From positions 317,281-381,280 of the IMG/VR virus record IMGVR_UViG_3300014204_013734: a stretch of 64,000 bases of DNA. The stretch is one strand, 5' to 3'. The notes below the pieces were generated by a model. That model ran no database searches and had not been told where the DNA came from. It was given only the letters and a program-made list of their open reading frames with translations. Position 1 is the stretch's first letter; the number at the start of each line of letters is the position of its first letter. This stretch comes from a virus (Duplodnaviria; Caudoviricetes). Position numbers and translations under genes: made by a program. This document shows positions 47,401 through 56,953 of the stretch, piece by piece.

Positions 47401-48736
47401 GTTCAATCCGGGAAACCGGATGATTCCGAACGCTTTCGGAAAACTTCGTGTCGGATGGGTTGGGAACCTTGACTGGGGCGGGAAAGCGGCAGACCACAAA
47501 GGTTCCGCTATCCTCGCAAAAGTCATGGAACAAACTGCTGACATTTGTGATTGGCAGGTTGTGGACCGACAACGAAACCCCAAAGCTTACAAGGACATGC
47601 CCGCGTTTTACCGGGAACTTGACATTATCACCTGTTTTTCGGACATGGAAGGAACTCCCAACCCGGCACTGGAAGGGGCTGCCTGCGGTTGCCTTGTTTT
47701 ATCCACGGATGTGGGTCTGTTGCCGGAAATGGCCGAAACCGGAGTTGTCGTTGACATCGTTGACCGGACGGAAGAAGCATTCGTTGAACGGCTCCGTAAA
47801 CTTCATTCCGACCGAAGCAGGTTGGAAGAAGCCAGGAAACGGAACCCGGCGGCAATGGCCAAATCATGGGATTGGTCCGTAAAATCCGAATCCTGGCGGG
47901 AAGCTTTGGATGAACTTCGGGGAATCAGACCCAAGAAGAAAACGGATCTCCGCAATCAGGTGACGGTGTTTGTCACAACGGTCGGGGCCCCTGATTTCAA
48001 GGAATGTTTAGCCCACTTGGAAGCCCAGGATTGCCAATTCAAACTGGAAATCATCAGGAATGTTTCTCCCATGAATGCGGCATTCCAGAAGATGATTGAC
48101 GACTGCCGGACACCTTTTTACGTCCAGGTAGACGAAGACATGCTTCTGGATCCAGATGCTGTCCGATTGCTTTACGAAGGTCTTCTGCGCAAGCCCAAGA
48201 AAATGGCCATTTTCTTCAAGGCTCTTCGGGATCGGTTCACAAATTGCAATCTGATCGGGGTAAAGATTTACAGGCATGAGGCCATGGTTGCCCATCCGTA
48301 TGACCCCAGGGACTTTTCTTGTGAAGTCGACCAGGTAGAACGGTTGAAAAAGTCAGGTTGGTTGGTAGATGGGGATTCCCCGGGTCTGCATGGGGATCCT
48401 TCCAAATGCGTCGGCGATTTGAATGCTTTCTGGACACCTTGGGGTGTCTTTGAAAAATACAACCGGGACATGCAGAAATTGAAACTGTATCCAAAACGCC
48501 TTTCCTGGATGAAGACACTCCCCGAAGTCTTCAGGAAAAAGATGTATGAAAACCCATCAGATCCCATTGCTATGGCGGCGTTTCTGGGCGCATCCGTAGG
48601 TTTGATGACCCCTGTTAATATGGTCACTGGAGAAAAGAACTTCAAGGAACAGATTTTCCGGGAACCGTTCAATACACTCGTGGACTTGCTGAACATTGAA
48701 CCAAACAAAGTATGGGACGTGCGGGGCTTAAAATGA
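44450..48736 (+). CDS. multidomain glycosyltransferase (GT-A, GT-B, GT-B, GT-A-like domains)
   Basis: KADDDD (GT2-like); PSISDTWPYSTLEA; SDMEGTPNPALE...STDVG (GT4-like); QVDEDM. Confidence 0.85.
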   Translation: MLMETKTKKSVCVAIPVLSDSGGRPSIPVLNDVLRIGKGLRLQAFVATNAMAIDEDSWNLLKARDWTFHRATNAMTEPMFWRWFYALLKEHPSDLYAIMPPGAFLLDGTFRAMVEAWEEIGDATAAMVLTTPLQQAKESASAHVQMGNRNLGQAWMIGLAGAKRLASWDPEIHGQVEMMFDQSGIWQMRQGVVSTKAPTLNLLSDPIPEEPVPVSRPVEGPVEARSRLRDPAPRPSAFSDPIHPQLNVPNVEIPSTPRTPRIDPGKASFLVATHHRPRLLKACLELLVAQDTPPNWRWDILVGGMADDPGKEVAKTFPGVRWIDCPGPTVTAKLNTLLAATDAELVLKADDDDLQPPDRLSAATAAYENGALMAGVGRIAFYSLDDDRAMEWVGRANMGLIGTGMSFSASLLREAGGWPAQAQGEDGAVMTRIRQIRPSASFSDLTETMGCITALQHGTNIYQRPSVDKGAKTSRGGFAITGLGTLAEAKLPLPVQHAIQVTVRGMPEGTVVVPPKPVATTVSVPMPGKIFGERSALLTCFQGQFGQAAFVDGLQGMGFQAISFEEAKKQLGLGNPVLFHGWRDQYVKLGDKYPNLVAILWHSGWTGSDLMGEGRALADALAAARQGTIKLFWLERRDAVPQGAVPLAPIWSPEGLKHLASGAGRKRPKSVMVAFHGAWSAACKNDLAGIAACAGIPGVELHVSRCSLEGPRGAAAREILRGVKHIIHDPMPREAAIRLMAEMEVVCHPSISDTWPYSTLEAVHCGTPVVASDAVSWTRSLPDWARKACVPTAATASLEIRNLVKALLDNPEAQRKLQEAQQSTLQTLLQSCKAEFIATVTAAGFPIKQIGMTAIPPKQPIPPKPSCLEALIDSPDWAFDRIVDQLEKNLGIGFRKAFVRDGEKIDSGIVFWWRGHLRHVKDPANSLLVIYDFLSWDAKTAADVFSRFKVLGVANKKLLCLLQDVPELAKKTIHVLADGVDTKMFNPGNRMIPNAFGKLRVGWVGNLDWGGKAADHKGSAILAKVMEQTADICDWQVVDRQRNPKAYKDMPAFYRELDIITCFSDMEGTPNPALEGAACGCLVLSTDVGLLPEMAETGVVVDIVDRTEEAFVERLRKLHSDRSRLEEARKRNPAAMAKSWDWSVKSESWREALDELRGIRPKKKTDLRNQVTVFVTTVGAPDFKECLAHLEAQDCQFKLEIIRNVSPMNAAFQKMIDDCRTPFYVQVDEDMLLDPDAVRLLYEGLLRKPKKMAIFFKALRDRFTNCNLIGVKIYRHEAMVAHPYDPRDFSCEVDQVERLKKSGWLVDGDSPGLHGDPSKCVGDLNAFWTPWGVFEKYNRDMQKLKLYPKRLSWMKTLPEVFRKKMYENPSDPIAMAAFLGASVGLMTPVNMVTGEKNFKEQIFREPFNTLVDLLNIEPNKVWDVRGLK

Positions 48737-49830
48737 ACCGTCGCATTCTTGTTACTGGTGAAGGTCCTTGGACTTCGGTTTCTGGAGGAAAACCAGGAAA
48801 TTACCGGGGTGCACACATTTCCGAAGTTCGTCCTCTGTGCATTGCAGAAGCTTTGCAAAAAGCTGGAAACGATGTATCGTTCCTATCCAAAGCAGGATCA
48901 GGAGACAATGCCGGGGGATTTTCTTTCCGTTGCATCGGGTTGGAGGGCATTTGTCCGGACGATTATGATGTGGTTGTGTGTCACCAAGCCATGTTATGGC
49001 GGCATGAGGGGTTTGAAATCCTTCGTCAACATCCGAATATTCTGGTAGCCGGGGATTTATTCCCGGAGAAAGAATTCCCGCAAAACATCAGGTGGATCTT
49101 CTATGACGCCCCGGACCATGCCGAAAAACCTCGTTTGGTAAAAAAATGGCCCGATGCTTATATTGCAGAAGGTTGCTTTGGTGTGGCTGAATATGACCAC
49201 ATTATTCCCGATCCGTTTCCAAACCATGATAAACCGAACATCGTATATCTCGGCAAGATATACGAACGGGCCAACATTGAAGTGCTGAACGCATTAGCTG
49301 AATCGGACGAAATCAACCTTTGGTTTGGGGGTCGGGTAGCGGGAAAAATCCTTGGACAAACATTCGATCCCAACATGACTACAGAGGAAAGGACGGAACT
49401 ATTTTCCAACAAGGTGCATTTTGTCACGGATACCGTGATTAGTGACATCCACCTTCCAATCATGGAAGCGGCACGGTTCTGTCAGCACGCTGATTTTGGA
49501 CTTCTTCTTGACCCTGAATGCCGGACGGCAACTGTTTCCAAGATGTACTTCTATATGGGTTGCGGGACGCCAACACTGGTCATTGGAGGTTGTTCCAACA
49601 TGAACCATGTGATTGAAGCTACGGCGGGTTCTATTGTCGCCCCGGCATCATGGAAGCATCAGACAGAAGACATGCGGAAAGACCTGATAGGAAAAATTCT
49701 GAAGACCCTTAGGGTAAGAACCCGAATGCCACCTGACCGTCAAGGAATCAAGAGGCGCGCTTTTGACAAGTGGAGTTACGACAAAATCGTCCAACCGTGG
49801 ATCGCCTGTTGGGAAAAGGACGGTTTATGA
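48733..49830 (+). CDS. GT-B glycosyltransferase-like protein
   Basis: NIVYLGKI, ADFGL, SKMYFYMGCGTPTL, WSYDKI. Confidence 0.65.
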   Translation: MNRRILVTGEGPWTSVSGGKPGNYRGAHISEVRPLCIAEALQKAGNDVSFLSKAGSGDNAGGFSFRCIGLEGICPDDYDVVVCHQAMLWRHEGFEILRQHPNILVAGDLFPEKEFPQNIRWIFYDAPDHAEKPRLVKKWPDAYIAEGCFGVAEYDHIIPDPFPNHDKPNIVYLGKIYERANIEVLNALAESDEINLWFGGRVAGKILGQTFDPNMTTEERTELFSNKVHFVTDTVISDIHLPIMEAARFCQHADFGLLLDPECRTATVSKMYFYMGCGTPTLVIGGCSNMNHVIEATAGSIVAPASWKHQTEDMRKDLIGKILKTLRVRTRMPPDRQGIKRRAFDKWSYDKIVQPWIACWEKDGL

Positions 49831-50513
49831 ACACCATCTGGGACCAAAACCTAAACAAGGAACTGACATATTGGGAATGGACGGCCAAGGCACTGGTTGT
49901 CCTCGGAACCCACGAACTGGCCGGCAGAGATGATCCGAACCGTCCGTTTGACCCCTTTGTGGAGTCTTTGATTCAGGCGCCAGAGGGGTCCCCAGTCCGA
50001 GTGCTTGACGTTGGTTCAGGACCTTTGAGCCCGTTGGGCAGGATTTCAAAAAAGTTTCAGGCAGAAGTTGTGGGGGTAGACGCACTTGCGGAAGAATACT
50101 GGGACTTGATGAACCAGTATGGAATCGGGATAAATTCCCCTCTCCGTCCTCGTTACGGGATGGCGGAACATCTGGATTCTATCTTCCTGCCACAATCGTT
50201 TGATGCCGTAGTTGCATTTAACAGCATTGATCATTCCAAAAACCCTGTAGAATGCCTGAATCAAATGATCGGCATGATGAAACCTGAAGCACGCGCTTAC
50301 GTGTGGTGTTATTGGAATGAAGGGACTTATGAGCACCACAACGGAATCCACCAATGGGATGTGGATTTGTTGGACGGTACAGTCTTTATACGGGGCTGTG
50401 GGGAAGAATGGATCCTTTCTGAAATCATTCGTAACGGGATTGTGGAAAAAAGCTGGTTTGACAGCACGACGGTGAAACCAACCGTCCATTTCATCCTTCG
50501 GAGAAAGTCATGA
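49827..50513 (+). CDS. class I SAM-dependent methyltransferase
   Basis: VLDVGSGP, VDALA, AEHL, FDAVVAFNSIDH. Confidence 0.85.
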   Translation: MNTIWDQNLNKELTYWEWTAKALVVLGTHELAGRDDPNRPFDPFVESLIQAPEGSPVRVLDVGSGPLSPLGRISKKFQAEVVGVDALAEEYWDLMNQYGIGINSPLRPRYGMAEHLDSIFLPQSFDAVVAFNSIDHSKNPVECLNQMIGMMKPEARAYVWCYWNEGTYEHHNGIHQWDVDLLDGTVFIRGCGEEWILSEIIRNGIVEKSWFDSTTVKPTVHFILRRKS

Positions 50514-51640
50514 AAATTTGCATTTCCGGATATTACGGGTCTGCCAACATCGGCGACGAATTGCTTCTGGAAGCGGTGAAGAAAATCATTCTGGAAGCAT
50601 CTGGTTCAGAAATTGAAATAGCCGTTTTGGGCTGTGATCCGCGGCACGTGAAGCAGCTACACGGCATCACAGAAGCGGGAATCAATTCAGGTTGGCAGAA
50701 CCGAAAAAATATCCTGGAAGGATCTTTCCCTGCCGTCAATCTGGTAACCCGACGAATATTGGAAACTTGTGATCTGTTTGTTCTAGGTGGTGGGGGTTTG
50801 ATGGGAAATGATTGCATCTACAACTTCCCGGAAGTGCTGCTATGCAAGGAGTTCGGCATCCCCGCCGCTGCGATAGGAATTGGATGTGATCCGTTCTGGA
50901 CCCCGTCCCTGATGGATCTTGTGTCGGACTATTTTACGACGTTCAGGTCTATCACGACCCGGGACGAACTGTCTTTCAGGAGCTTAGAAGACTTTGGGGC
51001 AGGTGACAAAACAGAATTGCGTCAGGCTGTCGATCCTGTTTTCGGTTTGTTCCCGTTCGCCGAACGTCCCGTACGGACGGGGCCCATCCAAATGAATGTC
51101 ATCCTTTCCACGATTTTTCGTTGGTTTGGGGCAGAAGGAAACCCTGCACAAGAAGAGGCAATTCGGGATTGGGCTGAAATTCTGTCTGGAATCCAAGCAT
51201 CCGGGGTCAATGTCAAGTTATATCCGTTTTCCCCCTCCTTGGTAGGGAATTACGATTGGGTACGGGCGGAATACGTCCATCGCTTGGCCCCAACACTGCC
51301 TATCGTAGACTCCAGAAGCATCCCTTACATGGAAGTGATCGGAACCCTGTGTGATGCGGACCTCATTGTGACGGATCGCTATCACGGGGCTATTCTGTCG
51401 GCAATTCGGGGCATTCCTTTCGTTACCGTCTGTCAAGACCCGAAACTCCGAAACATCGCCGCAGAACTAGATCAACCGTCTCTGGAACCCGGGGCGCACG
51501 ATAAGGAACACGTCAAGAAGATTCTGTCAGAAGCCCTTTCAGGATTGGACATCCAACGTAAACGGCTTCTGGACGCCCGTTGTTTTATTCCGGATGCTCA
51601 TCAGACACTCATACAGGAAGTGAAGAAAATCCGAATCTGA
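50510..51640 (+). CDS. polysaccharide pyruvyltransferase (CsaB/WcaK family)
   Basis: ISGYYGSANIGDE, LGGGGL, RDELS, DPV, RYHGAILS. Confidence 0.88.
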   Translation: MKICISGYYGSANIGDELLLEAVKKIILEASGSEIEIAVLGCDPRHVKQLHGITEAGINSGWQNRKNILEGSFPAVNLVTRRILETCDLFVLGGGGLMGNDCIYNFPEVLLCKEFGIPAAAIGIGCDPFWTPSLMDLVSDYFTTFRSITTRDELSFRSLEDFGAGDKTELRQAVDPVFGLFPFAERPVRTGPIQMNVILSTIFRWFGAEGNPAQEEAIRDWAEILSGIQASGVNVKLYPFSPSLVGNYDWVRAEYVHRLAPTLPIVDSRSIPYMEVIGTLCDADLIVTDRYHGAILSAIRGIPFVTVCQDPKLRNIAAELDQPSLEPGAHDKEHVKKILSEALSGLDIQRKRLLDARCFIPDAHQTLIQEVKKIRI

Positions 51641-51658
51641 TGCAATGGAGGTTCGTTT

Positions 51659-52546
51659 ATGGATTACCGTCTGCGAATCGTAGGCCACTTTCCACCGAAC
51701 ATGCACCTGGACAGTTCAAGGTTTTCGGTAGACATGTTTTCGCTGTTTCTCTTCCAGGCATTCACGGAACTAGGTGTCCCGACAATAGCCACGGACATCA
51801 AACGTCAATTGAATGTCCAAGAATTGCGGGACAATCCAACTGACGTAATCCTGGCGCACACTTATCACGATTCCTACACCCTTACGGTAGCTCCGATCCT
51901 GGCCCAATGTATGAACACGTTTCGTCTGACGGCTTCCTTCATGGAAGTAGCCCTACATCCGGTTGATGTGCCGTTTGTGTTCTTCCCGGCCCATCCACAG
52001 GGCGTTGTGATACCGGCTCCGTTCTATGCCGAACTGATGCCCGTCGTCTCTAAGATTCCAAAGACGGTGTTGTTGGATCATGACTGGGGCGGAAAGTGGG
52101 ATTGGACGGCGGATATTTTGAAAACGTTAGCCCCCTTGACGGGAAAGTTTGATATTTCCAGGATTGACGGCACGGGAAAAATCGCCAACCCTCCCGGTAT
52201 CAAGCGTTTACCACATCACAATTTCCACGGCTATATCAAGGCTACCGAATCGGTAGAAACCTTCATAGTGACACATGCCGGTTCGTACAACGCCACTGTC
52301 ATCGACATGCTGTCCCGGGGAACTCGGGTGTTGTCCCCTATAGGGCATCTCCCGGAATACAATCTCAAACGTTTTGGTATCCCCACATTTTCGGACATGA
52401 AGGGGTTGACGGATCTGTTGGAAACCCCTTATGATGAAAAGGTGTGGGGAGGAAAACGTGCACTCTGCACCGACATAAGGAATGCGGTCAGAAAGATGGA
52501 TTCCATTTTCAAGGAAAGGTTAGGTACATGTCAGACGAAAAACTGA
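51659..52546 (+). CDS. hypothetical protein, possibly GT-B-like
   Basis: GGAGG RBS; FIVTHAGSYNATVIDM; cluster context. Confidence 0.55.
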   Translation: MDYRLRIVGHFPPNMHLDSSRFSVDMFSLFLFQAFTELGVPTIATDIKRQLNVQELRDNPTDVILAHTYHDSYTLTVAPILAQCMNTFRLTASFMEVALHPVDVPFVFFPAHPQGVVIPAPFYAELMPVVSKIPKTVLLDHDWGGKWDWTADILKTLAPLTGKFDISRIDGTGKIANPPGIKRLPHHNFHGYIKATESVETFIVTHAGSYNATVIDMLSRGTRVLSPIGHLPEYNLKRFGIPTFSDMKGLTDLLETPYDEKVWGGKRALCTDIRNAVRKMDSIFKERLGTCQTKN

Positions 52547-53202
52547 TTTGGGAAAACCGTGTATTCTATTACCGAGAGGAATGTTGGGAGGGTCCCGTTC
52601 TTCGCAGTGTCTTGTCGGAAGATTCCTACCGATTCAAGAAGTGTCGCCTTTCCGATGCCAAGGTAATCCTTGACATCGGCGGGCATATTGGATCCTTTGC
52701 AGCTTTTGCGGCGCACCTGCACCCCGACAAGCTAATCAAGACCTGGGAAATGGTCCCAGGGAATTTCGGATACCTTCTGCGAAACATTGAGGGATTGCCG
52801 AATGTAGAACCTCACAACGGGGTTGTAGTTGGTGACGAAACCCCGAAGGGCTTTGTGGTGCATCCAACGAATTCCGGAGGAAGCCGTGTCGTATGGTCTC
52901 CCGGCGGAGAACCTTTGACTACCGTGTGTAAGGTGACGGACATCGTTGATGGTCCTATTTGCTTCCTAAAGATGGACTGTGAGGGGTCGGAACACGGTAT
53001 CATCGACAGTCTGGTAGCCAGCGGAAAGATCGGTCTGGTTGACAAAATGGCTTTGGAATACCACAATTTCTGGGGTCGGACGGGTGATGCCTTGCGTGAC
53101 ACCTTGATTGCGTCAGGATTCAAAGTGGAGACACACGTTTACAATCCAAGTTGCGGTCTCATGTGGGTTTACCGGAATTCCTGGGAAGGGGAAACAGCAT
53201 GA
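52528..53202 (+). CDS. FkbM family methyltransferase
   Basis: ILDIGGHIGSF, NSGG, LKMDCEGSE, LEYH. Confidence 0.88.
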   Translation: MSDEKLIWENRVFYYREECWEGPVLRSVLSEDSYRFKKCRLSDAKVILDIGGHIGSFAAFAAHLHPDKLIKTWEMVPGNFGYLLRNIEGLPNVEPHNGVVVGDETPKGFVVHPTNSGGSRVVWSPGGEPLTTVCKVTDIVDGPICFLKMDCEGSEHGIIDSLVASGKIGLVDKMALEYHNFWGRTGDALRDTLIASGFKVETHVYNPSCGLMWVYRNSWEGETA

Positions 53203-53804
53203 TTGTTGCCGCTACCAATTGCATAGCCTACGAAGCACAAGTGGACAAAAACCGGATGTACCGGGGCATGTTCCACCACAGCCTTCTGACTGATGGGTTG
53301 TTGCGGTTGATGGCAGGAGAAACGCTGTACCCAGAGACGGAACCTGATCCGAGGTATCGGTTTGAACCGATTGACGTAGCCCAAGTCAAAGTCTTCTTGT
53401 GGTCTCCCTTCATTGACCAGGCTGGTTACTACGCGAATTTGAAGAATTGGGATGGGACCTTGTACCCGTTCAGTGACGGATTGACCTGCCCAAAATACGG
53501 CATCGTCGGCAAGGTCCCTCTCAATACGGTCTACCTGTGGTGGAAGGAACTGCATCGGGTGACGGAAGCTATTCCCAAGAAGCTCATGCTTATCTATCCG
53601 ACCGACTTTTTAACCGATGAAACGCCGGAAAAAAAGCGGTACAAGGAACGGATTGTTACCAGCACGGAAGTGGCCAAAGAAATCTTCCACGACTGGATCA
53701 TGCCGACCGTCAAGACCCCTATACAAAGCGGAGAATGGTGGGCGCACCTCACGGTAGCCAGTCGTCAAGAAGTTTTGAAAGTAATTGAAGAAACGTGCAA
53801 ATGA
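53199..53804 (+). CDS. hypothetical protein in glycan cluster
   Basis: ATGA coupling. Confidence 0.6.
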   Translation: MIVAATNCIAYEAQVDKNRMYRGMFHHSLLTDGLLRLMAGETLYPETEPDPRYRFEPIDVAQVKVFLWSPFIDQAGYYANLKNWDGTLYPFSDGLTCPKYGIVGKVPLNTVYLWWKELHRVTEAIPKKLMLIYPTDFLTDETPEKKRYKERIVTSTEVAKEIFHDWIMPTVKTPIQSGEWWAHLTVASRQEVLKVIEETCK

Positions 53805-54508
53805 AAGTCCTTGCCCGAGACGATTGCTTTACCTTTTACCTGGTTTCAGCATTTCAACGTTTCGGAACCCCTTTCACTTTGCTTTGTTACGACGAAAAGA
53901 TACCCTCCCCCATATTCATGGACGCCCTACAAGGGATTCATTCAGATCCAGCAGTAGTGCTGCCTGCCCTTTCCGAACCCTACTTTTACAAAACGCAGCG
54001 GGAATTGAAATCCCTGTCCGTGAAAGACGCAAACCTGATCATCATCGGATCATTTTCCGATCTTGCCATACGTCTGTACCGACACCGTACCCAAGGATGG
54101 AAATTCGCCGAACGTTGGAATTTCGTATCGGACCCACAATACCTGGAAACCCGTTTTGAACGTTTGGACCCAACACCCATCCGGGATGTAGTGGAAAACA
54201 ACAAAATCCTGTTTGACGTGTTTGGAAAGAACAACCCCCAGGCGAAGAAGCTTTGGATCAACTATCCTTACGTTGACGGGGCTCCGACGGGATGGAATGG
54301 AGTTGAAACCGAAAATAGAATAATGAAAGATAGGTGGAAAGGGATAACCGAAGCGACTTCAGCGGAATACCCTTCGGAAGGGGTGTTTGTACTCAACATC
54401 CCGGATGAACTGGCGGAAGGTCGGGGGGACGGACAGTTGTGGCATTATCCTGATCGTACCTATGATTGGGCGGCTAAGGCCATCTTTGACTGGTTCAATT
54501 CCAAATGA
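53801..54508 (+). CDS. hypothetical protein (paralog A)
   Basis: MKVLARDDCF...IGSFSDL...WINYPY...WHY. Confidence 0.7.
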   Translation: MKVLARDDCFTFYLVSAFQRFGTPFTLLCYDEKIPSPIFMDALQGIHSDPAVVLPALSEPYFYKTQRELKSLSVKDANLIIIGSFSDLAIRLYRHRTQGWKFAERWNFVSDPQYLETRFERLDPTPIRDVVENNKILFDVFGKNNPQAKKLWINYPYVDGAPTGWNGVETENRIMKDRWKGITEATSAEYPSEGVFVLNIPDELAEGRGDGQLWHYPDRTYDWAAKAIFDWFNSK

Positions 54509-55245
54509 AAATACTGGCAAAAGACGACTGCTTTTCCTACTATCTTTCGCTGGCGTTAGCAAGAGCAGGCCAACCATGCACTATGGCTTGTTACGATGAA
54601 AAAGTCCCTTCTTTCATTATCACGGACGCCTTAAGAGGCATTCGTGCTGACCCCGCTGTTGTGGAACCTTGGTTGGCGAATCCCTACTGTTACAAACGGC
54701 AAAAGGCGTTGAAATGCCTGGACGTAACGGATGCTGACTTGATCGTTATCGGGTCGTTTGCCGATTTGACCATCAAGGGATACAAACATCGGAAAGAAAG
54801 TTGGCGGTTTTTTGAAATCCGCCATTGTATTCAGGATACTGCTGCGGTTGACGCGGCGTGTGATCGGATGGATTTGCTGCCCATCACGGAAATTCTGGAA
54901 AACAATCTGGTGTTGTTTGACCACTTCAAAGCTAAGAATCCGCAGGCCAAAGCTATGTGGGTCAACTACCCTTATCTTGACGGGGCGTCAACGGAATGGG
55001 ACGACCAGAAAAACCCTATACCAAACAGGGTTATCAAATCCAGGTGGCACGAATTAACTACTGCCACGACAAAAGTTTTCCCGGAACACGAAATTTTTGT
55101 GCTGAATATTCCGGAAGACAAGGTTCGTTGGAGGGGAGATGACTTGCTTTGGCATTATCATGACAGCACTTATGACTGGGCGGCCGGAACCGTTCTGGAA
55201 TGGTTTAACCCCAACCCAAGTCTATCGCCTTCCATTCAGGAATGA
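54505..55245 (+). CDS. hypothetical protein (paralog B)
   Basis: MKILAKDDCF...IGSFADL...WVNYPY...WHY. Confidence 0.7.
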   Translation: MKILAKDDCFSYYLSLALARAGQPCTMACYDEKVPSFIITDALRGIRADPAVVEPWLANPYCYKRQKALKCLDVTDADLIVIGSFADLTIKGYKHRKESWRFFEIRHCIQDTAAVDAACDRMDLLPITEILENNLVLFDHFKAKNPQAKAMWVNYPYLDGASTEWDDQKNPIPNRVIKSRWHELTTATTKVFPEHEIFVLNIPEDKVRWRGDDLLWHYHDSTYDWAAGTVLEWFNPNPSLSPSIQE

Positions 55246-55420
55246 CTAACACCCCCGAAGATCCGGCTGGAGTTCTTTCAAAGATTTCCGATTCGGCTTC
55301 AATCACATTGTAGTGTATCCACTTTTCTTGCCCGTTGCCTGCTTTTACTAACAAAGACCCTTCACCGTGTCGTACCAGCACCACCTCAATTCGGACTACA
55401 GCATCAACCATGGTTTTCAC
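55205..55420 (-). CDS. small hypothetical protein
   Basis: AGGAG RBS; LVIPEWKA motif. Confidence 0.6.
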   Translation of the reverse strand: MKTMVDAVVRIEVVLVRHGEGSLLVKAGNGQEKWIHYNVIEAESEIFERTPAGSSGVLVIPEWKAIDLGWG

Positions 55421-55422
55421 TC

Positions 55423-55983
55423 CTATGAACTAAGCCCGCCGGCTTTTTTTATGGCGGCAGTTTGTTCCCGTCGTTCTGCAATAACCTTTTCAGATTCTTC
55501 CAGACGGCGTTCCATGTAATTCGCAATCTGTTTGCGGTGTTCCCAAATGAAATCCTCATAAGGGCGCAGGCCATTGCAAGGACACCCCAAGATAACTTGC
55601 CGTCCCCCTATGGTCCCAAGAGAAACAGAATCATAATCCACTAGGATGAACTTGTCCGGTTCTTTTTCCATTCCTTTCATGCAGTCTTCCCATTCTCCGT
55701 CGTCACCACAACTTTTCAGATCACTTGAAAAGAGGGTCCTGCCGCACAATTCACAAGTAGCGGAAACCGTTCCACAGTGGTCTGAAAAAGCTTCTTCAAA
55801 AGCTTCTGACGGGGGTTTTGGCGTAGGTTGGGGTGCAGTAATGGGGGGTTTGTACAGCTTGCTGCTTGCAACCGTCTCCGTAATTTTTTCTGCTAAAATG
55901 TCAACGTCAACGAATCCCGACCATGAAGTTTCTGCTTCTTTCAACAAGGTTAGGACTTGGTTTTTGAGTTGGTCTTTCATCAT
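55423..55983 (-). CDS. hypothetical Cys-containing protein
   Basis: ATGA coupling; CELCG, CPC. Confidence 0.6.
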   Translation of the reverse strand: MMKDQLKNQVLTLLKEAETSWSGFVDVDILAEKITETVASSKLYKPPITAPQPTPKPPSEAFEEAFSDHCGTVSATCELCGRTLFSSDLKSCGDDGEWEDCMKGMEKEPDKFILVDYDSVSLGTIGGRQVILGCPCNGLRPYEDFIWEHRKQIANYMERRLEESEKVIAERREQTAAIKKAGGLSS

Positions 55984-56342
55984 GATGGAGGTCCTTGTAC
56001 TTGGGCATCCGGATGGAATGATTCCCACGTGGTCCCGAAAGTTGTAATGCCGCCGGGCAGGAAAGACATCAGGGCGATGGCTTCCGCCAGCCGGTTGAAT
56101 AGGTTGGCGGCTTCCCCTTTCTTACTTCCCCCGAACAGAAGGACATCCCCGCGGGAGCCCAAGAGTTCCGGTAAGTCTTTGACGGTTTCAGAAAACCGGG
56201 CCTGTACGGATTCCCAGGATTGTGTCTTGAAGTCGGCAATCCACAAAGGAACCGCCGCCGACAAGGTCATAGGCAAAAGCTTGCTGGGACTTTCGGCTGG
56301 AAGGGTAGCTTGCTTTTCTTGCTTCTTTGCTTTTTTAGCCAT
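55980..56342 (-). CDS. hypothetical protein
   Basis: operon position. Confidence 0.65.
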   Translation of the reverse strand: MAKKAKKQEKQATLPAESPSKLLPMTLSAAVPLWIADFKTQSWESVQARFSETVKDLPELLGSRGDVLLFGGSKKGEAANLFNRLAEAIALMSFLPGGITTFGTTWESFHPDAQVQGPPS

Positions 56343-56649
56343 TCAACGACCCCTTTTTCACAAACTTGTCCAGTACTTTACCTTCTGCTTCCCCGATTTC
56401 AAATCGGTTCGTTTTTTCTTTCCCTTGGAGACGTGCCCCCAGGTCGGTTACGAGACGTCCGACAAGGAAAATACCGAGACCGAATAGGCCAATTGCCGGA
56501 AGAATTCCAACCGGAATCACGACGGCCCACCAAGGCCAGTCTATGATCCCTCCGATCTTCAATCCGGCGAACAAGATGGTCAGCAGAAACAAAAGTCCGA
56601 CGAAGAATTGAATCCCGCTTTTTGTACCTTCTACTTTCAAGACGGGCAT
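56335..56649 (-). CDS. small two-TM membrane protein
   Basis: LKIGGIIDWPWWAV motif. Confidence 0.7.
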   Translation of the reverse strand: MPVLKVEGTKSGIQFFVGLLFLLTILFAGLKIGGIIDWPWWAVVIPVGILPAIGLFGLGIFLVGRLVTDLGARLQGKEKTNRFEIGEAEGKVLDKFVKKGSLNG

Positions 56650-56650
56650 G

Positions 56651-56953
56651 TCATTTCCTTTTGGTTTGGATAGTTTGAATAGATCCACACGCCTTACACC
56701 CATATTCCCATAATGAGGGTTGTCCCCTGAATCGGTCATAATGAGCACGGAATTCAAACTCCAAGTTTCCGCAGACGCATGGAACGATATTCATGGTGAT
56801 CAAGGCAGAACGGGCGTTCGGAGGTGTTCGTTCAAAACATTCCCGTTCGTGCTTGTCATAGAAGGATTCTCCGTCAGGGGCTAATCCTACAAAGGCTATG
56901 CCACAGAACGGGCATTTCTTTTTGTCCCCTGGGTTCACGGTAATTCTTCCCAT
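56651..56953 (-). CDS. zinc-finger hypothetical protein
   Basis: CPFC..H..C; CVC..CKAC. Confidence 0.6.
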   Translation of the reverse strand: MGRITVNPGDKKKCPFCGIAFVGLAPDGESFYDKHERECFERTPPNARSALITMNIVPCVCGNLEFEFRAHYDRFRGQPSLWEYGCKACGSIQTIQTKRK

